The position numbers were made by a program, and so were the translations under genes. The notes beneath the pieces were generated by a model. The model did no database searches. It saw only the letters and a list, made by a program, of their open reading frames with translations, and was not told where the DNA came from. From a virus (taxonomy: Duplodnaviria; Heunggongvirae; Uroviricota; Caudoviricetes), in IMG/VR virus record IMGVR_UViG_2537562012_000005: a DNA stretch of 4,373 nt, one strand, 5' to 3'. Of this stretch, positions 1 through 4,373 are shown piece after piece; within the stretch, counting starts at the first letter, position 1; the number at the start of each line of letters is the position of its first letter.

Positions 1-288
1 GAGTTCCGGCGGGCAGACTGGCGGCGGATGTTATCAGAAATGTCAGCGTCAGAACTGGGCGAATGGGGGGATTTCTTCCGGAAGCAGAGTTTCGGGGATA
101 TCTGGCTGGATGCACAGATTTCCACACTGAAGTCGCTGATGGTTCAGATGGTGTCCGGTGAACGTATTCCGGCGGATGATTTCAGTCTGGTTACGGATGA
201 CAGGGTGATCCCTGAACGCACGGATGAAGAGCTGATGCATCTGGGGGAAGGTATATCGGGAGGAATGAGATTTGGACCAGATTGCTGA
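1..288 (+). CDS. 3' end of the gene immediately upstream of the tape measure gene; by position the T-like extension of the tail assembly chaperone (lambda gpG/gpGT equivalent). 5'-partial: frame 1 is open from base 1, and the ATG at 28 is internal.
   Basis: Frame 1 is open from position 1 to the TGA at 286-288. It sits directly upstream of, and overlaps by 17 nt, the H-like tape measure gene, as the G/T chaperone genes do in lambda. I cannot confirm sequence-level similarity to gpT from memory, so the product call is by synteny only. The G-T slippery site would lie upstream of the window. Confidence 0.5.
   Translation, partial: EFRRADWRRMLSEMSASELGEWGDFFRKQSFGDIWLDAQISTLKSLMVQMVSGERIPADDFSLVTDDRVIPERTDEELMHLGEGISGGMRFGPDC
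258..263 (+). promoter_or_regulatory. Shine-Dalgarno sequence (GGGAGG) for the tape measure gene
   Basis: GGGAGG at 258-263 lies 8 nt upstream of the TTG at 272, which is the first possible initiation codon after the in-frame TGA at 266-268. Confidence 0.6.
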
Positions 289-3200
289 CCTTGTCATTGA
301 TTTAAGCATTGATACCGCCGATTTTAAAGAGCAGCTTCCGCGTGTAAAAAATCTGCTGAATGGTACAGCAAGGGAGGCGGAGCGGGCCGAAGCCCGTATG
401 AAACGGTTTGAGGAAAGTCAGAAACAGGCTGCCAGCGCGACGGTGATACAGACTCAGGCCGTGGTGAAGCATGCGCAGGGGCATGTTTCGCTGGCGGAAG
501 ATGTGGAAAGGGCGCGCCTGCGGATGGAGGCCCTGAGTCGTCAGATGCGGGAGGAGCAGGTTCAGGCGGCTGCGCTGGCTGCGGCGCAGGATAAGATGGC
601 AGCCGCATTTTATCGTCAGATCGACAGCGTAAAACAGGCCAGTGCGGGGCTGCAGGAGTTACAGCGTATTCAGCAGCAGATCCGACAGGCCAGAAACAGT
701 GGCGGGATTGGTCAGCAGGATTATCTGGCGCTGATTTCTGAGGTTACGGCGAAAACCCGTGTTCTTACACAGGCTGAGGAAGAGGCTACCCGACAGAAAG
801 TGGCGTTTATCCGTCAGCTTAAAGAGCAGGCAACCCGCCAGAATCTTTCTTCTTCTGAGTTGCTTCGTGCTAAGGCTGCCCAGCTGGGGGTAAGCAGTGC
901 TGCAGAAGTGTATATCCGCAAAATGGAGCAGGCAGGAAAAGCAACGCATTCGCTGGGTCTGAAAAGTGCAGCGGCCCGTCAGGAGATAGGCGTTCTGATA
1001 GGGGAACTGGCCCGCGGCAATTTAGGTGCGCTGAGGGGATCCGGAATAACGCTGGCTAACCGTGCCGGATGGATAGACACATTGATGTCACCGAAAGGCA
1101 TGATGCTTGGCGGGGTTATTGGCGGTATTGCCGCGGCTGTCTATGGTCTGGGTAAAGCCTGGTATGACGGTCAGAAGGAGGGGGAAGAATTTAACCGCCA
1201 GCTGTCGCTGACAGGGCATTATGCCGGAGTCACTGCCGGGCAGCTGTGGACGCTCAGTCGTGCTATTTCCGGGAATGGTATCACGCAACATGCTGCAGCC
1301 GGTGCGCTGGCTCAGGTGGTGGGGAGTGGTGCATTTCGTGGAAACGATATCGGTATGGTGGCGAGAGCTGCCGCACAGATGGAGCGATCGGTTGGCCAGT
1401 CGGTCAGCGATACCATAAATCAGTTTAAGCGGCTGAAGGATGATCCTGTAAATGCCGCGAAGGCTCTGGACAATGAGCTGCATTTTCTTACTGCCACTCA
1501 GCTTGAGCAGATACGCGTCCTTGGGGAACAGGGGCGGTCCAGTGATGCGGCACGGATAGCCATGTCTGCACTGGCAGAGGAAACCGGTCGGCGTACTGCG
1601 GATATTGATAATAACCTCAATGCGCTGGGCAGTACGCTGAAGTATCTGTCTGATTTATGGAGTCGTTTCTGGGATGCGGCCATGAATATTGGTCGTGAAG
1701 ACTCGCTGGATGAACAGATTTCCGCTTTACAGGAGAAAGTGTCGCGGGCGAAAAGACTCCCCTGGACGGCATCATCTTCTCAGGTTGAGTACGATCAGCA
1801 GCGTCTTAACGAGCTTCAGGAGAAAAAACGCCAGAAGGATTTGCAGGATGCAAAAGAGCAGGCAGAGCGGAATTATCAGGAGCAACAGAAACGCCGTAAT
1901 GCTGAAAATGCTGCACTGAACCGGATGAATGAAACGGAAGCAGCACGACATCAGCGTGAAATTGCGCGTATTAATGCCATGCAGTACGCCGATCAGGCTG
2001 TCAGGGATGCGGCGATACAACGTGAAAATGAACGTTACGAGAAAGCCCTGGCATCCGGTAAGAAAAAAACACGCGAAACCCGTAATGATGAGGCCACCCG
2101 GTTATTGCTGCAGTACAGTCAGCAACAGGCACAGGTGGAAGGACAGATTGCTGCTGCAAGACAGTCAGCAGGCATTGCCACTGACAGGATGACAGAAGCG
2201 CATAAACAGCTTCTGGCTCTGCAGCAGCGCATCAGCGATCTGGACGGGAAAAAACTGACGGCAGATGAAAAGAGTGTGCTGGCCCGTAAAGATGAACTGA
2301 TTCAGGCACTGACGCTGCTGGATGTAAAACAGCAGGAGCTTCAGAAACAGACGGCACTCAACGATCTGAAGAAAAAAACAATTCAGCTGACCAGTCAACT
2401 GGCTGAAGAAGAGCGCGCTCAGCGCCAGCAACATGACCTGGATATCGCCACGGTGGGTATGGGTGATCAGCAGCGGCAGCGATATCAGGTACAACTGAGT
2501 CTTCGCCAGAAATACCAGCAACAGCTGGAGCAGTTGAGGCGGGATAGTGAGCAGAAAGGAACATATAACACGGATGACTACAGAAAGGCCGAGCAGGCGC
2601 TGACGGAGAGCCTGAACCGACAACTGAATGAGAATCGCCGTTATTGGCAACAGCTTGAAATTGCTCAGGGTGACTGGAAAAACGGAGTCCTGCGTGCACT
2701 CCAGAATGTCACTGAGAAAGCGGATAACACAGCCGGGACAGTGGAACAGTTGTTCACGTCTGCGTTCAGTAGCATGAGTGACTGGCTGGCGACATTCTGT
2801 ACTACAGGCAAACTCAATTTCAAATCCTTCACCTCTTCTGTGCTGTCAGATATGTCCAGAATCATGGCTCAGATAGCTTTAATGAAAGCGGTAAAAGGTA
2901 TTGCTTCCGCGCTGCCTTTTGATTTTGTAGCCAATGCTGATGGCGGTGTTTATCAGTCGGCTGATTTGAGTCGCTACAGTGGCACGGTGGTTAACCGTCC
3001 GACGTTTTTTGCTTTTGCAAAAGGCGCGGGTGTGATGGGGGAAGCTGGACCTGAAGCCATTCTGCCACTGCGTCGTGGTGCTGATGGTAAGCTGGGGGTT
3101 GTGGCGGATATTGGTGGTTCAGGTATGGCGATGTTTGCCCCGCAGTACAACATCGAGATCAATAACGATGGCACGAACGGGCAGATAGGTCCGGCTGCCC

Positions 3201-3295
3201 TGAAGGTGGTTTATGACCTTGGGAAAAAAGCGGCAGCGGACTTTATGCAACAGCAGGCCCGTGATGGTGGTCGGTTAAGTGGAGCATATCGGTAA
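272..3295 (+). CDS. H: Tail tape measure protein (lambda gpH family), 1007 aa, TTG start
   Basis: 3 kb ORF with a Gln/Glu/Lys/Arg/Ala-rich coiled-coil character throughout. The N-terminus (DQIADLVIDLSIDTADFKEQLPRV) parallels lambda gpH (VGDLVVDLSLDAARFDEQMARV). An internal hydrophobic Gly-rich segment (MMLGGVIGGIAAAVYGLGKAWY) parallels the lambda gpH segment ending AYAWY. The C-terminus (INNDGTNGQIGPAALKVVYD...RDGG) is near-identical to the lambda gpH C-terminus as I recall it. It is followed by M, L and K homologs in lambda order. Confidence 0.95.
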   Translation: MDQIADLVIDLSIDTADFKEQLPRVKNLLNGTAREAERAEARMKRFEESQKQAASATVIQTQAVVKHAQGHVSLAEDVERARLRMEALSRQMREEQVQAAALAAAQDKMAAAFYRQIDSVKQASAGLQELQRIQQQIRQARNSGGIGQQDYLALISEVTAKTRVLTQAEEEATRQKVAFIRQLKEQATRQNLSSSELLRAKAAQLGVSSAAEVYIRKMEQAGKATHSLGLKSAAARQEIGVLIGELARGNLGALRGSGITLANRAGWIDTLMSPKGMMLGGVIGGIAAAVYGLGKAWYDGQKEGEEFNRQLSLTGHYAGVTAGQLWTLSRAISGNGITQHAAAGALAQVVGSGAFRGNDIGMVARAAAQMERSVGQSVSDTINQFKRLKDDPVNAAKALDNELHFLTATQLEQIRVLGEQGRSSDAARIAMSALAEETGRRTADIDNNLNALGSTLKYLSDLWSRFWDAAMNIGREDSLDEQISALQEKVSRAKRLPWTASSSQVEYDQQRLNELQEKKRQKDLQDAKEQAERNYQEQQKRRNAENAALNRMNETEAARHQREIARINAMQYADQAVRDAAIQRENERYEKALASGKKKTRETRNDEATRLLLQYSQQQAQVEGQIAAARQSAGIATDRMTEAHKQLLALQQRISDLDGKKLTADEKSVLARKDELIQALTLLDVKQQELQKQTALNDLKKKTIQLTSQLAEEERAQRQQHDLDIATVGMGDQQRQRYQVQLSLRQKYQQQLEQLRRDSEQKGTYNTDDYRKAEQALTESLNRQLNENRRYWQQLEIAQGDWKNGVLRALQNVTEKADNTAGTVEQLFTSAFSSMSDWLATFCTTGKLNFKSFTSSVLSDMSRIMAQIALMKAVKGIASALPFDFVANADGGVYQSADLSRYSGTVVNRPTFFAFAKGAGVMGEAGPEAILPLRRGADGKLGVVADIGGSGMAMFAPQYNIEINNDGTNGQIGPAALKVVYDLGKKAAADFMQQQARDGGRLSGAYR

Positions 3296-3624
3296 TGGAG
3301 ACGTTTCACTGGAAAGTGCGCCCGGATATGAATGTGGTATCAGAGCCGAAAGTGGTGACAGTGAAGCTGGGCGATGGTTATGAACAGCGTCGTGCGGCGG
3401 GACTGAATAACCAGTTGTCGACTTACAGCGTGACGATACGTGTTCGTAAATGTGAACACCCATCTTTGAAAGCCTTTCTGGAACGGCACGGTGGCGTCCG
3501 CGCATTTCAGTGGACGCCACCTTATGACTGGAAGCCGATCAGGGTGGTTTGTCGTAAATGGTCGGCAAGCGTGGGGGCGCTGTGGGTAACCATAACGGCA
3601 GATTTTGAACAGGTCGTGGCATAG
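3295..3624 (+). CDS. M: Minor tail protein M (lambda gpM family), 109 aa
   Basis: Same length as lambda gpM, with shared motifs from recalled sequence (WKV.P.M, GDGY.QR, TYSVT, HGG, WTPPY.W, FEQVV). The start ATG overlaps the H stop (TAATG at 3293-3297), indicating translational coupling. Confidence 0.92.
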   Translation: METFHWKVRPDMNVVSEPKVVTVKLGDGYEQRRAAGLNNQLSTYSVTIRVRKCEHPSLKAFLERHGGVRAFQWTPPYDWKPIRVVCRKWSASVGALWVTITADFEQVVA

Positions 3625-3628
3625 GAGG
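3624..3628 (+). promoter_or_regulatory. Shine-Dalgarno sequence (GGAGG) for the L gene
   Basis: GGAGG at 3624-3628 lies 5 nt upstream of the ATG at 3634 and overlaps the last base of the M stop codon TAG (3622-3624). Confidence 0.6.
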
Positions 3629-3633
3629 CCCTG

Positions 3634-4332
3634 ATGCAGGATATTCCACAGGAAACACATCATGAGACGACACGCCTTACTCAGTCAGCCCAGGTGGTGC
3701 TCTGGGAAATCGATCTGACAGAGGTCGGTGGTGAACGTTATTTTTTCTGTAATGAGCAGAACGAAAAAGGTGAGCCGGTCACCTGGCAGGGGCGGCAGTA
3801 TCAGGCATACCCCATTCAGGGGACGGGATTTGAACTGAACGGTAAGGGCAGTGCTGCCCGTCCGACACTGACGGTCTCTAACCTGCACGGCATGGTCACC
3901 GGGATGGCGGAAGACCTGCAGAGTCTGGTCGGCGGAACGGTGGTCAGGCGTAAGGTTTACGCCCGTTTTCTGGATGCGGTGAACTTCGTCAACGGAAACA
4001 GCGACGCCGATCCGGAGCAGGAGGTGATCAGCCGCTGGCGCATCGAGCAGTGTAGCGAACTGAGTGCGGTCAGTGCCTCCTTTGTGCTCTCCACACCGAC
4101 GGAAACGGATGGTGCTGTTTTTCCGGGGCGCATCATGCTGGCCAACACCTGCACCTGGACCTATCGCGGTGATGAGTGCGGTTATCACGGTCCGGCTGTC
4201 GCTGATGAATATGACCAGCCGACGTCCGATATCACGAAGGATAAATGCAGCAAATGCCTGAGTGGCTGTAAGTTTCGCAATAACGTCGGCAACTTTGGCG
4301 GCTTCCTTTCCATTAACAAACTTTCGCAGTAA
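3634..4332 (+). CDS. L: Tail tip assembly protein L (lambda gpL family), 232 aa, with C-terminal Cys cluster
   Basis: Same length as lambda gpL and near-identical over long stretches to my recollection of it (VVLWEIDLTEVGGERYFFCNEQNEKGEPVTWQGRQYQ, RIMLANTCTWTYRGDECGY, KDKCSKCLSGCKFRNNVGNFGGFLSINKLSQ). Five Cys residues sit in the C-terminal domain. Confidence 0.95.
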   Translation: MQDIPQETHHETTRLTQSAQVVLWEIDLTEVGGERYFFCNEQNEKGEPVTWQGRQYQAYPIQGTGFELNGKGSAARPTLTVSNLHGMVTGMAEDLQSLVGGTVVRRKVYARFLDAVNFVNGNSDADPEQEVISRWRIEQCSELSAVSASFVLSTPTETDGAVFPGRIMLANTCTWTYRGDECGYHGPAVADEYDQPTSDITKDKCSKCLSGCKFRNNVGNFGGFLSINKLSQ

Positions 4333-4336
4333 TCCC

Positions 4337-4373
4337 ATGACACAGACAGAATCAGCGATTCTGGCGCACGCCC
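4337..4373 (+). CDS. K: Tail assembly protein K (lambda gpK family), N-terminal 12 codons only, 3'-partial at window edge
   Basis: The ATG at 4337 lies 4 nt after the L stop and encodes MTQTESAILAHA, which matches the lambda gpK N-terminus as I recall it. It sits in the expected position after L. Confidence 0.75.
   Translation, partial: MTQTESAILAHA

Noticed and set aside
65-70. Run of six G residues considered as a possible G-T type frameshift site
   Set aside because: It does not form an X XXY YYZ slippery heptamer in the reading frame, and frame 1 simply reads through it. The real chaperone frameshift site, if present, should lie upstream of this window.
49-1483. Minus-strand ORFs 49..309, 302..484, 324..608 (Pro-rich), 659..949 and 1088..1483
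   Set aside because: All are nested opposite the T-like and H coding regions, and their compositions (Pro-rich, Arg/Leu-rich) are mirror artefacts of the sense-strand codon usage. None has a convincing ribosome binding site.
1221-2192. Plus-strand alternative-frame ORFs inside H (1221..1418, 1246..1428, 1689..1919, 1929..2192)
   Set aside because: These are short, highly basic out-of-frame readings of the Gln/Glu/Lys-rich region with no Shine-Dalgarno sequences, consistent with chance ORFs and not embedded genes.
2165-2699. Antisense ORFs of 161 aa and 113 aa inside the tape measure gene (2165..2650 and 2358..2699, minus strand)
   Set aside because: The Leu-rich, low-complexity translation is what the reverse complement of CAG/GAG/AAG-rich coding sequence produces. 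They are fully nested in H with no independent support.
1498-3663. Minus-strand ORFs 1498..1683, 1772..2020, 2665..2865, 2974..3174, 3275..3520 and 3340..3663
   Set aside because: Short ORFs (61-107 aa) nested opposite H and M, without start context or recognisable motifs. Same shadow-ORF explanation as the others.
3957-4261. Short ORFs inside L (3957..4154 minus strand, 4064..4261 plus strand, alternative frame)
   Set aside because: Both are 65-aa readings fully nested in the well-supported L gene, with no independent evidence.
3685-4338. 217-aa antisense ORF spanning almost the whole L gene on the minus strand
   Set aside because: It lies entirely opposite a strongly supported gene and has no start context or recognisable motifs. 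Long stop-free antisense frames are common opposite GC-rich, codon-biased coding sequence, so this is most likely a shadow ORF.
1-4373. Search for a novel defence or accessory system (cargo genes, toxin-antitoxin, CRISPR, retron-like ncRNA, tandem repeats)
   Set aside because: The whole window is covered by tightly packed tail structural genes with overlapping junctions. I found no intergenic region, repeat array or structured RNA candidate, so I cannot support any such call from this sequence.

Overview
This window is a contiguous, same-strand block of lambda-type siphovirus tail genes, collinear with phage lambda T-H-M-L-K. It holds the 3' end of a gene in the position of lambda T (1..288), a complete 1007-aa tail tape measure protein (H-like, 272..3295), a minor tail protein M homolog (3295..3624), a tail tip protein L homolog with its C-terminal cysteine cluster (3634..4332), and the first 12 codons of a K-like gene (4337..4373). 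Genes overlap or are separated by 10 nt or less, so there is no intergenic room for cargo genes, and I see no RNA genes, CRISPR arrays, mobile elements or defence-like genes. I do not find an undescribed system here; this looks like an ordinary structural module of a lambdoid phage or prophage, probably from an enterobacterial host. The points worth a second look are the tape measure being about 150 aa longer than lambda gpH, its TTG start, and the steep change in similarity to lambda across the H 3' end, M and L. All homology statements rest on my recall of the lambda protein sequences, not on a database search.
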